Notes under the pieces: generated by a model
Told to the model about the DNA's origin: nothing
The model's database searches: none
The model's input: only the letters and a program-made list of their open reading frames with translations
From: Octopus vulgaris
Lineage: Eukaryota
NCBI GenBank assembly: GCA_951406725.2
Contig: OX597814.1
Coordinates: forward strand, 868,001 to 932,000
Length of the DNA stretch: 64,000 nt
Direction: 5' to 3'
Program-made: the position numbers and the translations under genes
Shown here: positions 1 through 49,254 of the stretch, in pieces
Layout: each line of letters starts with the position of its first letter
Numbering within the stretch: position 1 is the stretch's first letter

Positions 1-303
1 TGGCAGTTTGCACACATGCATCATACAGTCTACCTTTCATACTGAGCGAGAGGCCTTTAGTTGTCAGCAGAGGTAGGAGCTTTCTGAACTTTGCCCAGGC
101 TATTCTTACCCTATTCGCTACACTCTCAGAGCAAGCATCCCCACTACAGACTTGGTCGCCTAGGTAGCAGAAGCTATTAACTACTTCTAGTTTTCCCCCA
201 TGGCATGTGATGGAATCTGTTTTCTGTATATCTTCAGTGTTTATTGCCCCTGTGCATCTGCCACATAAAAACTATTTTCCTGGTTAAACTTCCTTTCATA
301 TTG

Positions 304-308
<5 letters not shown>
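1..308 (-). mobile_element. RTE-clade LINE fragment
   Basis: Collinear with the RTE copy at ~50105-50415 (ctgaactttgcccaggctattc, gcatcatacagtctacct). Confidence 0.85.
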
Positions 309-340
<32 letters not shown>

Positions 341-1794
341 CATATACGACGGGCTTTTTTCAGTTTCTGTCTCCCAAATTCACTCACAAGGCTTTGGTCA
401 GCCCAAGGCTATAATAGAAGACACTTACCCAAGGTGCCATGCAGTGGGACTGAACCCAGGACCATCTAGTTGGTAAGCAAGCTTCTTACCACACAATTCC
501 TAATAATATTTAACTGTAAAAATATAATAGGAGTTTTTAAACATCTGATGGTTAGGAGGGTCCATCTGAGTAAATTAGGGATCCATAGGTTAAAAATGGT
601 CACATGATTCATCAGATCAATAAAGGAACACACACACACGTGGACTACATAATTCAATGCCCTCTTTTAACAATGGTAGGGGTGTAATTTGATAGATATG
701 ACTGCTATTTCTAGCAGCGAGTAACCCACACCGAGACTCACTTCGGAGCTTGCAATTTTTCCCTAGTTTCCATTAATGTAGGAAAAAAATAATAATTTAA
801 CGAACTTATTGTTCAGAGACCAGGTGTGCTGCAACTCATCAGAAAACAGAATGCTTTTATATGCATATATATTAGAGGAAGACGGATTTTGTACTTTTTA
901 CGAAGACGTGAAATACGATGTTGCGAAGCTCAAAAGTATTATTTGCCTAAAAGATAAGTTCTGGAGAAATGTTTCGCATAAAAAACCCCTCAAAAAACGC
1001 AATATTTTAAGTGTCAACTGATGCAAGGGAGGTAACTGTGATTAGAAAAAAGCTAGTCAAGGGAGATAATTGAAAAAACGCTGTAACCCGAAAATATTTG
1101 AACTACAAAAATATATTCAAATGTTTAAATATAATTTCTGTGGTTGTTTAATTCCAGGTCGGCCCTGATTGAGCATAGTTATGGAGACAGGCGTTTCTGT
1201 ATTTTCTTTTAAAGCTCCAGGACATCGACCATCGCTGATATTTCTAGCGAATCAAACGCCTACCCAGAGGTCCTCTTGTCAGCTCATGGCATTGCTGTTT
1301 CTGTTGTGTCATGGTTACCATTTGTGTGTAACCACATGGGGTTTGTGGGATGTGGTATTTACAGGTTGCTTGTGGGGGGCTGGACAAGCTATGGACAAAG
1401 ATGCAGAGAGTATAAAAGATGAGGGGCACAAGCACACCAGCATCGGTTGTCAAGCAATGTTGGGGGGACAAACACAGACACACAAACAAACACACGCATA
1501 TATATATATATATATATAAATATACAACGGGCTTCTTTCAGTTTCACACTTGCCCAAGGTGCTACACAGTGGGACTGAACCCGGATCCATGTGGTTGGTA
1601 AGCAAGCTACTTACCACACAGCCACTCCTGTGCCTATATATATAAAACATGTTTGCACGAGTGTATTGGCAGAGTCACAAAGGTGGTAAAGTTGTGCCAT
1701 ATTCAAAGGTGACCACTGTTAAACACTCACCATGTGACATTGTCTATTGTCACACAATACCAGAAAGAAAAAAGAAAAAGAAATGTAAACTTAC

Positions 1795-38374
<36,580 letters not shown>

Positions 38375-39198
38375 CTGCAAACAGAAGAAAATCTCTCTTT
38401 GAAACGGAAGGAAATGCTTCCAAACATTGAAGATCTTAACCATTATTAATGGGAATTTATATATAAGCTTTACTGGCAGTTTTCTACGTTAAAACAACAA
38501 CAATAACACACACACACACACTTTCTCTTTGTCACTCTCTCTCTCTCACACACACATATTCCCACATGCTTAATCGCATATTCATTCACTCACATACAGA
38601 CCCCACCACCACCACTACCACCACCACCTCCACCATCACCACCACCACAAACTCATTATCCCCCCCCCCCCCCACAAGCACCCTCAAACCTAAAGTGGAC
38701 TGTCCACTTCATTTACAACCAATTACACCTCGTTTAGCCATTCCATCGTCCACAATAAGGCAATCGCTCATCAACCGATATCTTAATTACGTGTATTTTC
38801 ATTGGTTCATACATCAATACATCCTTTATTGGCTTACGTGTATCAATACAATCTCTATTGATCTCTAGATATCAATAAAGCCTTTATTGCTTTATGGCTA
38901 TAAATTCTTCCATTAGTGTTTGTTCATTTGTGTTTTTTCTATTCCTTCCATGCCAACACACAATGCGTCCACTCTATCACCGATCCACGCTTCCATTGTC
39001 GTCTTGACTAATAACTTTACTAATCTCTCCATCAATGGTTCCTAGAAACCTGATCTCACATGAAACAATTGCCCGCAAAAGATTAATTTTGTTTCCAATG
39101 TCTTTGAGAAATTCACCAAATTATCGGATAATCCATTTGTTATAGAAATATATCAATACATCCATCCACAGCCAATACATATAAATAGGAGTTCTTTT

Positions 39199-39620
39199 GG
39201 ATCTTTTCGGTTTGAACAACAGTTTTTAAAAATAATTTCAGCATAACTAAACACTTTTCAACTTCGTATCCTGGTAGAATGTGTTTATAAAACATCTTTC
39301 TCTTGGCTTTATTGAGAAAATTCCATAGTTTGTAAGATATTTGTTGTTTTTCTTTTCTTCAATTTCTGCAATTTCAGCCTATCAATGACATCTATTTGAG
39401 GTGAAAACATTCTGTGCCGTATGAATATGTCCCTCGTTTAATAAACAGATTGGGTTTATTTACATTTCAGAAGAAAAAAAGATACCCTTCCCCCCACCCC
39501 TAACCCTAACCAACCCTAAAACAGATTGAAATGCAATAGATTGATACTAGGGTCATAATTATGGCTGACAATTTCATATGACACCGCTAGAAAAAACTAC
39601 CGTTCAAACCGAAAAGATCC
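39199..39620. mobile_element. MITE with GGATCTTTTCGGTTTGAAC TIRs and 8-bp TSD
   Basis: Perfect 19-bp TIRs, TSD GTTCTTTT at 39191-39198 and 39621-39628; internal CCCTAA repeats. Confidence 0.85.
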
Positions 39621-39985
39621 GTTCTTTTACTGGTTTCAGTCATTTGATTGTGGCCATGCTGGAGCACCGCCTTTAATCGAGCAATCTGTATTAGTACTGA
39701 AAATCAAGATCGAGTGAGCTTTTGCCCTTTTGTTCAACAGTTGGTTTCCAACCCCAGGACTTATTCTTTGTAAGCCTAGTACTTATTCTATCAGTCTCTT
39801 TTGCTGAACAGCTAAGTTACGGAGATGTAACCACATCAACATCAGTTGTCAAGCGATGGTGGGAGGACAAACACAGACACACAAACACATATATATGATG
39901 GGCTTCTTTCAGTTTCCATCTGCCAAATCCACTCACAAGGTTTTGGTTGGCTCGAGGCTCTAAGGTGTTGTTGATAATCACAAAT

Positions 39986-40729
39986 ATACGAGGTCTGACC
40001 AAAAAGTATTGGACTGTTGCTATGGTAACAGAGCTAAAGTATGCAGATTTGAAGCCACGTGGTACAGATTGATCCTGGGCTCTGTCATGAATGCATGCCA
40101 AGTTATAATGTTCTCACCCACTCATGTTGTTTATAGCAGGGCTAGGACGTAAAGTGTGTAGAATGTGGTTGCCACATGTGTAGGATGTAGTTGCCACATG
40201 TGTCCAGTGACTGGCAGAAACGTTAGCATGCCGGGCGAAATGCGTAGCCGTTTTTCGTCTGCCGTTACATTCTGAGTTCAAATTCCGCCGAGGTCGACTT
40301 TGCCTTTCATCCTTTCGGGGTCGAGTAAATAAGTACCAGTTACGCACTGAGGGTCGATATAATTGACTTAATCCATTTGTCTGTCCTTGTTTGCCCTCTC
40401 TGTGTTTAGCCCCTTGTGGGTAGTAAAGAAATTGGTATTTGTGGGATTTGATATTTGGAAAGAAGGAAAAGTTGCAAGGGGCAACATCTGGAGAATATTG
40501 TGGTTCTCAAACCTGGGAAATGTTGTGCTTGGCCAAAAACTGGATGCACGCAATTCTTTCCTAAAGCCAGGCTCCACAAACTTTACTTCCAAGCACTGCT
40601 ATAAGCAATGAAAGTGTGTGAGGACATAATAACTCAGTGTGAATGCATGGCAGAGGGTTAGAGTCCAATCTGTGCCAAATGGCTTGTTACCATAGCAACA
40701 GTCTTGATACTTTTTGACCAGATCTCCTA
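39986..40729. mobile_element. Mariner-related MITE (same TIR family as 47265-48132) with nested SINE
   Basis: TACGAGGTCTGACCAAAAAGTA...GACTGTTGCTATGGTAAC versus GTTACCATAGCAACAGTC...TACTTTTTGACCAGATCTCCTA. Confidence 0.7.
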
Positions 40730-40859
40730 AAACATGAAGTGAGGAAAGATATTCCAGTAACAGTCAACAAGCATTTGTTATTGTTGAGGATCATCATCAT
40801 CATTACCGTTATATTAATATTTCACCACAATGGCCCCTGTGTGTAGAATTGAAGCATAT

Positions 40860-42425
40860 TCACTACCAAACACCATTCCACATCTTACATACACCACATG
40901 TGGTCCTCCACATTCACTGTCCATGTTTCACTATCAAACACCACATGTGGTCCTCCACATTCACTGTCCATGTTTCACTATCAAACACCACATGTGGTCA
41001 TCTACATTCACTGTCCATGTTTCACTATCAAACACCACATGTGGTCATCTACATTCACTGTCCATGTTTCACTATCAAACACCACATGTGGTCCCCCACA
41101 TTCACTGTCCATGTTTCACTATCAAACACCACATGTAGTCCTCCACATTCACTGTCCATGTTTCACTATCAAACACCACATGTGGTCCCCCACATTCACT
41201 GTCCATGTTTCACTATCAAACACCACATGTAGCCCTCCACATTCACTGTCCATGTTTCACTATCAAACACCACATGTGGTCCCCCACATTCACTGTCCAT
41301 GTTTCACTATCAAACACCACATGTAGTCCTCCACATTCACTGTCCATGTTTCACTATCACATTCACTGTCCATGTTTCACTATCAAACACCACATGTAGT
41401 CCTCCACATTCACTGTCCATGTTTCACTATCAAACACCACATGTGGTCCTCCACATTCACTGTCCATGTTTCACTATCAAACACCACATGTGGTCATCTA
41501 CATTCACTGTCCATGTTTCACTATCAAACACCACATGTGGTCATCTACATTCACTGTCCATGTTTCACTATCAAACACCACATGTGGTCCCCCACATTCA
41601 CTGTCCATGTTTCACTATCAAACACCACATGTAGTCCTCCACATTCACTGTCCATGTTTCACTATCAAACACCACATGTGGTCCCCCACATTCACTGTCC
41701 ATGTTTCACTTCAAACACCACATGTAGTCCTCCACATTCACTGTCCATGTTTCACTATCAAACACCACATGTGGTCCCCCACATTCACTGTCCATGTTTC
41801 ACTATCAAACACCACATGTAGTCCTCCACATTCACTGTCCATGTTTCACTATCAAACACCACATGTGGTCCCCCACATTCACTGTCCATGTTTCACTATC
41901 AAACACCACATGTAGTCCTCCACATTCATGTCCATGTTTCACTATCAAACACCACATGTGGTCCTCCACATTCACTGTCCATGTTTCACTATCAAACACC
42001 ACATGTGTCCTCCACATTCACTGTCCATGTTTCACTATCAAACACCACATGTGGTCCCCCACATTCACTGTCCATGTTTCACCATCAAACACCACATGTA
42101 GTCCTCCACATTCACTGTCCATGTTTCACTATCAAACACCACATGTGGTCCCCCACATTCACTGTCCATGTTTCACCATCAAACACCACATGTGGTCCCC
42201 CACATTCACTGTCCATGTTTCACTATCAAACACCACATGTAGTCCTCCACATTCACTGTCCATGTTTCACTATCAAACACCACATGTGGTCATCTACATT
42301 CACTGTCCATGTTTCACTATCAAACACCACATGTGGTCCTCCACATTCACTGTCCATGTTTCACTATCAAACACCACATGTAGTCCTCTACATTCACTGT
42401 CCATGTTTGACTAATCAAACACCAT
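40860..42425. repeat. 47-bp minisatellite, ~33 copies
   Basis: Unit TCACTATCAAACACCACATGT(G/A)GTC(CTCC/ATCT/CCCC)ACATTCACTGTCCATGTT. Confidence 0.95.
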
Positions 42426-44812
42426 GACAAATGTTTCAACAACATCCTCCATCCCATTCAAAGTTCAAACTGCTGTCACCACTGTTGAGTCCACAAGAAT
42501 ACAACAGAGCTTCTACATGGCTGCTTTACCTGCAAGAAATAGAAGCCAAACTTCCCTAAAGCCATACTCGACAGACTTTAAAAGGGAAGACATATTAGAT
42601 AACGTAGGACAAGATATAAAATCTCTAAAAAAAAAAGAATCAATTGGGATGGAATATCCTTGACCGTGGGTCTACTTGGCCAGAGCGGACACACAATTTC
42701 CTTTGTAGTGTGAAGGAAGGAGTTTAAGCCTGTTGAAATAAGGTGAGTCAAGTCAGAAATGCCATGTGTTTATCAGGTGATAACATTTATGATAAAAGAA
42801 ATGAATGGGGAAAGGGGTGTGGAGGGGTGGAAGGTGGTTGCTGCAGGTAAACATAATGAAACTAGGTCAAAGTGGTATGGTCATGTGATAAGAAGGGATT
42901 GTTACAACTATGTCACTGGTTGGGAGTTTATTGATGTTAGCCACATATTCTTTTCTACTCTAGGCACAAAGCCTGAAATTTTTGGGTGGTGGTAGTGGTG
43001 GGGGCAGTTGATTAGATCGACCCCAAAAGGATGAAAGGTAAAGTCGACCTTGGCAGAATTTTAACTCAAAATGGGAAGACAGACGAAATACTGTTAAGCA
43101 TTTCGCCCAGTGTGCTAACGTTTCTGCCAGCTTGCTGCCTTCTGTTAACTACAAGGCCCAAAATTTTGGGGGAGGTGGGGGGGGGGCAATCGATGAGATT
43201 AACCCATGTTTGCAACATGTACTTAATTTATCGACTTCCGAAAGGATGAAAGGCAAAGTCGACCTCAGAGGAACTTGAACTCAGAACATAAAGACAGACG
43301 AAATAACACTAAGCATTTCGCCCGGCATGCTAACATTTCTGCCAGCTGGAGCTTAACTGGCTTTCTAAAATGTTTTTAGGTGACTGAGAACACAAGACTT
43401 ACTCCTGAAGAGGACATCCAGCTCCGTGATGTAGTGTGGTTTGCCAGCACACAGGACAAGGCAAGTACAGTAGAACCTTGCATTACGAGTGCCCCATTGT
43501 AAGAGTAATTTGCTGCACGAGGCGAGGTTCATGCAAATTTATGTCTTGAAGTACAAGCAGAAATCCGCAGTACGAGCACACAAATCATCCCATCTTTAAA
43601 GAAATTCAGTTAATAAAACCAGTTTACATATTTCTCTCACATTCTCTTTTTCTATAATTGTCATTTTACTTGTAACGACACATTTTCTGTTTTAAAACTG
43701 ATAAAAAAAAAATCATTTTTGAGTGGTTTTGTTGGGGGCTGGAATGGATTAATTATATTTTAGTTAATTACAATAGGGAAAATTGATTTGTAAAACAAGT
43801 AAATCATGAGACAAGCTCGGTCATGGAGTGAATTAAACTCGTATTGCGAGGAGGTATCACTGTATTTTCTTTTGTAAGAAGATGGTTTGCTTTTTTCATT
43901 ACATCCTTCACACATCTTCACCACCATCCTCTTTCTGTTCAAACTGGGTTCAAACTGTGTATCTCCCCTACAACAAGTCACCTGATCCTGTCCCCTTATA
44001 TTTTAACCTCTTGTCACCTAGCATAAAGCAACTCCCTACTCAGTTAAGGGGGTCTTGTCCTGAAAGTTATGTGGTTACCTCACTTGTGGTGGGGTCTCAT
44101 AAGCATCACCTGTGCTGGTGCCATGTAAAAAGCACCCTGGTACACTCTGTAAAGTGGTTGGCATAAGGAAGGGTATCCAGCCATAGACATACGCAATACC
44201 CTAACCACAAGGTCACACACACACATACCTTCGATTCTTACTCTTTTACTCTTTTACTTGTTTCAGTCATTTGACTGTGGCAATGCTGGAGCACTGCCTT
44301 TAGTCGAGCAAATCGACCTCAGGACTTATTCTTTGTAAGCCTAGTACTTATTCTATTGGCTTTTTTTGCCAAACTGCTAAGTTACGTAAACGTAAACACA
44401 CCACTATCGGTTGTCAAGCGATGTTGGGAGGACAAACACAGACAAACAAACATATACACACACATACATATATATATATACATATATACGACGGGCTTCT
44501 TTCAGTTTCAGTCTACCAAATCCACTCACAAGGCTTTGATCGGCCTGAGGCTGTAGTAAAAGACACTTGCCCAAGGTGCCACACAGTGGGACTGAACCCG
44601 GAACCATGTGGTTGGTAAGCAAGCTACTGACCACACAGCCACTCCTACACCTACGAGTGTGTATACGAGTGTGTGATGTAAATACAAAATTAATTCAACC
44701 TCATTAGTCTCATCAAAGCTAATTGACCTGAGAAAATCAAATTTCAAACTTATAATGATGATGATGTTGTTTAGCCCCAGGCCAGCTCTGATCAAGCAAA
44801 TATGTTTTGATC

Positions 44813-45237
44813 CAGTTCTATATTTAAGAGATGAGGAATTATTTATATTATTTACATTTGACGGATATTTGTCCTCATCTTGTTTGTTGTTAACACAACG
44901 TTTCGGCTGATATACCCTCCAGCCTTCATCAGGTGTCTTGGGGAATTTCAAACCTGGGTTCTTATTCCTAAGGTATTTTTCGATGTTATTATTAACTTAT
45001 GCCCATGGTTAAGAGCACGTGCTACTAACCCCATGGTTCTGAGTTCAATTCCAAGCAATGGCTTGAATAATAATAATAATAACAACATCAAAAAATACCT
45101 TAGGAATGAGAACCTAGGTTTGAAATTTCCCCAAGACACCTGATGAAAGCTGGAGAGTATATCAGCCGAACATTGTGTTAACAACAAACAAGATGAGGAC
45201 AAATATCCGTCAAATGTAAATAATGTAAATAAGGTAA
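44813..45237. mobile_element. Head-to-head dimer of the tRNA-hammerhead element
   Basis: Inverted arms, imperfect TSD ATGTTTTG(A/G)TC (44802-44812, 45238-45248); the minus arm carries the intact ribozyme. Confidence 0.8.
44892..44937 (-). ncRNA. Minimal (Penelope-type) hammerhead ribozyme, intact core
   Basis: Minus strand reads GACAC-CUGAUGA-A-GGCUG(GAGGGUAUAU)CAGCC-GAAA-CG-UU-GUGUU: stem I GACAC/GUGUU, full CUGAUGA and GAAA core, 5-bp stem II, palindromic ACGU in place of stem III. Confidence 0.8.
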
Positions 45238-47264
45238 ATGTTTTGGTCATCCCACCTTTAGCCTTTCGGCATTTAAACTGACCACTTCCAGCCCAAATAT
45301 TCTTCCTGTTTTATGCTCAAATTACCCAGGTCTGGCCTGTCACGCCCACCCTATAATGTCATTCTAGAAGCAAACAATCATATCAAAATCTCAAAGTTAT
45401 GAGATAAATCCATGATTAATTCAAATCAAGGTGAATAAATAAGAAACAGATTTGACAAAATAATCTGAATGCCAAAGGGTTGAGACATTCTGAAGTGGGG
45501 ATGAGGAATTCCGTAATGGAGGAGGAGGAGGAATGGGAAAAGGGAAGAAAGGAAGGTTAGAGAAAAGGAAGTAAAAACGAACAAGGTGTGGAAATATTGT
45601 AATTAATTATATTGTAATTAATGATCTGAAATAATCAAATCATCATCATCATCATCGTTTAACGTCCACTTTCCATGCCAGCATGGGTTGGACGATTTTG
45701 ACTGAGGGCTGGCGAACCAGACAGCCGCACCAGGCTCCAATCTGATCTGGCAGAGTTTCTACAGCTGGATGCCCTTCTCAATGCCAACTACTCCGAGAGT
45801 AGTGGGTGCCTTTTTCCGTGCCACTGGCACGGGGGCCAGTCAGGCGGTACTGGCAATGACCTCACTCGAATCTTTTTACACATGCCACCAGCACAGGTGC
45901 CAGTAAGGCGATGCTGGTAATGATCCCGCTCGAATGGTCTCCTTTTATGTGCCACGGCACAGGGGCCAGTCAGGCGATACTGGCAATGACCTCGCTCGAA
46001 TCTTTAAACTTAAAATACTTTAATTCTCAGACAGCGTATAGGGGTGGGGCAGTGTCTTGGAATCTAATCAATTCCGAAAGATGTTTGAACATGGAATAAC
46101 TGTGAAGTAGATTAGTGTCATAGTAAGTATATATACACATCATAGTACGTGTGTGTGTAGTCAGATTGAATGGAGATGTTAGTCAGAATATATACATGCG
46201 CGTGCACACACACACACACACACACACACACAGATAACATCATTGTCATCATTTTAATATCCATGATGGCCCCTGTGCCGATGGTACATAAAAAGCACCC
46301 ACTACACTCACGGAGTGGTTGGTGTTAGGAAGGGCATCCAGCTGTAGAAACACTACCAGATCAGACTGGAGCCTGGTGCAGCCTCCTGGCTTCCCAGATC
46401 CCCGGTCGAACCATCCAACCCATGACAGCATGGAGAACGGACGTTAAACGATGATGATGATGATGATGTTTCCATTCTTGCATGGGTCAGGCAAAGTTTA
46501 CTAAGACAGATTTCCAGTGAGCGGATGCCCTTCCTGTCACTGACCCTTACCTATTTCCAAGCTGGGTAATATTTCTCCCTCACCAGACAGGTTTTTGCAG
46601 AATATGGGAAATGAATAATTGCATGACAGTGACAATCATTTCCACTAATTAAATGAACTTTGGACTAATTACTGCCAACACTGACCAACACAAGTTTCCT
46701 TGCCTTTCCAGATTTTACCCCAGATATATCATATCAAGATAAATGTCAAGATGGTCATGGCTGGAACCCAATTATAGGCTGAATAAAAACCAATTAAGGT
46801 TGTTCATCCTTTTTTCCTGTCAATAGAAAAATAAATTTGACAAAGGTAAACTTGGATGCATCCTACGTCGGTTTCCAGGTTTTAAATCATAACTTGACAG
46901 GGAGTTGTCTTGGTTCCCTATCGACAGGTCCCTCATATGAAATAAAGTGTTACTCATAGTATGCAAGTCAGTAGCCCCTGTTGTGTATATAAACAGATTG
47001 GTTCCTTGTTCTCCTATGATTGATCAAGTGATACAGACACGTCTGATGAGACCCAAATAAGGGCTGAAACTCAATCCTTTAGCATTCAGATTAATTATTC
47101 TTTTAAATGTAAGGCTCAGTTAATTACACAGTTTTTGAATTAATCATGTATTATCTTGTAGTTTCAATATTTCAATGATATGATTGTATATTTTTACAAT
47201 GATGTTGTAGGGTAGGTGTGAAAAGCCAGATCAGTTTGGACACAAAACAAGTAGAATATTTTGA

Positions 47265-48132
47265 CAGGATACAGACTGTTGCCATAGTAACGAAGCTAAA
47301 GCATGCAGAGTGAAGCCACTTGGCACAGATTGACCTTGAACACTGCTGTGCATGCACACTAAGTTTTAACGTTCTGACTCACTTCTGCTGTTTACAGCAA
47401 TGCTTGGAAGGAAGGTGTGTAGCGTGTGATCGTCATATTGACCATGACAGAGAAAGTTGTCATGGCGATACCTTCTCAGAGGCCTATACAAGGTTGCAGA
47501 AAGTGTATGGAGAGGAGCGTGTGAGCCACACACAAGTGTACGAGAGGTTCAGACATTTCCAAAACGGCCACAAATGTCCCGATATTGACAAACATTCTGA
47601 GAGACCCACAACTAGCAGAACTGAGAAAAACATCACAGATATGTGTGCAGCTGTGAGGGGAAATTGTTGAATCACCATCCGTGAGTTATCAGAGGATGTG
47701 CAGATTAGTTATGGTTCAGTTCACTCCATTATCCTTGAAGATTTGGGTATGCGGCACATGTTTGCAATGTTTGAGCCCAAACTGCTTTCAGCTGACCAAA
47801 AGGACATCCGGGTTTCAGTTGCCCAAGATCTGCTTGATTGTGTTGAGAATGATGAAAACTTTTTGAATACTTCTGAGCAGGTATTGCCAAGCTTTTGGTG
47901 AAATTTGATGCAGATTTTCTGCTCAACTTTCTATCATAGTCAATGCGATGATCACACGCTACACATGTTCCTTCCAAGCACTGCTGTAAACTGTGGAAGT
48001 GAGCTAGAATGTTAAAACTTAGTGCACATTCACAGCAGAGCCCAAGGTCAACCTGTGCCAAGCAGCTTCACTCTGTGTCCTTTAGCTTCATTACTATAGC
48101 AACAGTCCAGATACTTATTGATCAGACCACGT
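47265..48132 (+). mobile_element. Mariner deletion derivative with ~200-bp inverted repeats and transposase N-terminal HTH remnant
   Basis: LQKVYGEE..SHTQVYERFRHFQNG..RPTTS..ITIRELSE..ISYGSVHSII.EDLGMR..PKLLS; inverted arms ~47265-47460 / ~47922-48132. Confidence 0.85.
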
Positions 48133-48560
48133 ATATGCTAAAGGGTAAAAGCTGTCTACAATTTTTTCAGTCCAGGGAAATACAAGAAAATTTGACATTT
48201 TTTCTATATCTGCTACATAGATTTACATGTATCAGACATAGCTGGGACTGACCCAGGGCTAAACAATAACCTATTAAAACACTTTGATCTTTACACTCAG
48301 GTGAAAAAACAACAATGCTATTATCCGAGTAGAAAAAACAAATTAACAAAATATATTTGTCATTCAAAACATTTTCAATTAATTCCTCCTGTTTATCCAA
48401 GACCGAAAGTTGAATTTCTGGTTTTGATGCAAGCTTCTTTTTTTTTCTTTATTTTTGTTATTACTGTATGTGTCAATCTATTTCCTGTTAACAGATTGTT
48501 AACATAATTGCACAAAATATACACAAGTTTTCTCTAACTAAAGATATATATATACATACA

Positions 48561-48946
48561 TATATATAAAGCTGAGGTTGACTGTGTGTGGCAGGTTTGG
48601 TAGCCTTCAACTAACACTATCTCCTCTGAGATCCTGTGGCGCAAGTTGACCAAAATTGACAGTATGATAGAAGACTTGCTCTTACTTCCGTAGAAGATAA
48701 AATTCAAATCGGACCATGTTAACACCAAAAATTATTTACATCAAAAAGGTGCTTTTTTTTTTCTATGAGAATCCCTATTTTTTACGATTTTTTTACTGCT
48801 GTGTCGCCATTTTTCGGTGTATTTCAACCAGAACAATGTTCACTTAAAGAGAATAACAAGCTACATAATGCAAAAGTTTTACTTTTCAAAAGTTCCAATT
48901 CTAAAGAATCGAAACAAACCCGAGCAACGCCAGGCGATACTGCTAG
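48561..48946 (+). mobile_element. Non-autonomous Helitron, same family as 63319-63709
   Basis: Highly similar copy in the opposite orientation, ending CCCGAGCAACGCCAGGCGATACTGCTAG. Confidence 0.78.
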
Positions 48947-48960
48947 TATATATATATATA

Positions 48961-49250
48961 TAATATTAATTAGAGACAAAACCACTATTATGCAAAGAAG
49001 GTCTTGAAACCACCTGATGAATGTCAATAGAAGTGACAAGAAACGATCGTAGTGGATATCTTAATTATATTTAATTTATATAAAATTTTTTATGTATTGG
49101 ATTAAGTCTTTCTCTGTTTGATTTGCATAATAGTGGTTTTGTCTCTAATAAATATTATATTATATTTTACTATAAAATTGGATTCAATCCTAGATCTGAT
49201 TTTTCCCTGTAAATTTGGATTTATTCCCTAATATTTATTATTATTATATA
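48961..49250 (+). mobile_element. Penelope-like pLTR remnant (second family) with inverted partial repeat
   Basis: 36-bp inverted repeat (48961-48996 / 49122-49157, 1 mismatch) flanking a hammerhead, then an AT-rich tail. Confidence 0.6.
49010..49055 (+). ncRNA. Minimal hammerhead ribozyme, second family
   Basis: CCAC-CUGAUGA-A-UGUCA(AUAGAAG)UGACA-A-GAAA-CGAUCG-UA-GUGG: stem I CCAC/GUGG, stem II UGUCA/UGACA, palindromic ACGAUCGU stem III, UA cleavage site. The stem II base has an atypical A/A pair. Confidence 0.68.
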
Positions 49251-49254
49251 TATA

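Noticed and set aside
1169-1519. 116-aa ORF as the next MTHFD1 exon or a separate gene
   Set aside because: No FTHFS similarity, and its 3' part runs into a SINE.
40860-42425. CRISPR-like array or His/Cys-rich repeat proteins
   Set aside because: No unique spacers, no cas genes and a eukaryotic context. The ORFs are frame-rotating translations of a 47-bp tandem unit.
43402-43475. Candidate MTHFD1 first exon (gtaagt donor, LALSCVLANHTTSRSWMSSSG)
   Set aside because: The attractive frame ends in phase 0, which is incompatible with the phase-2 acceptor at 38374, and the phase-2 frame shows no homology.
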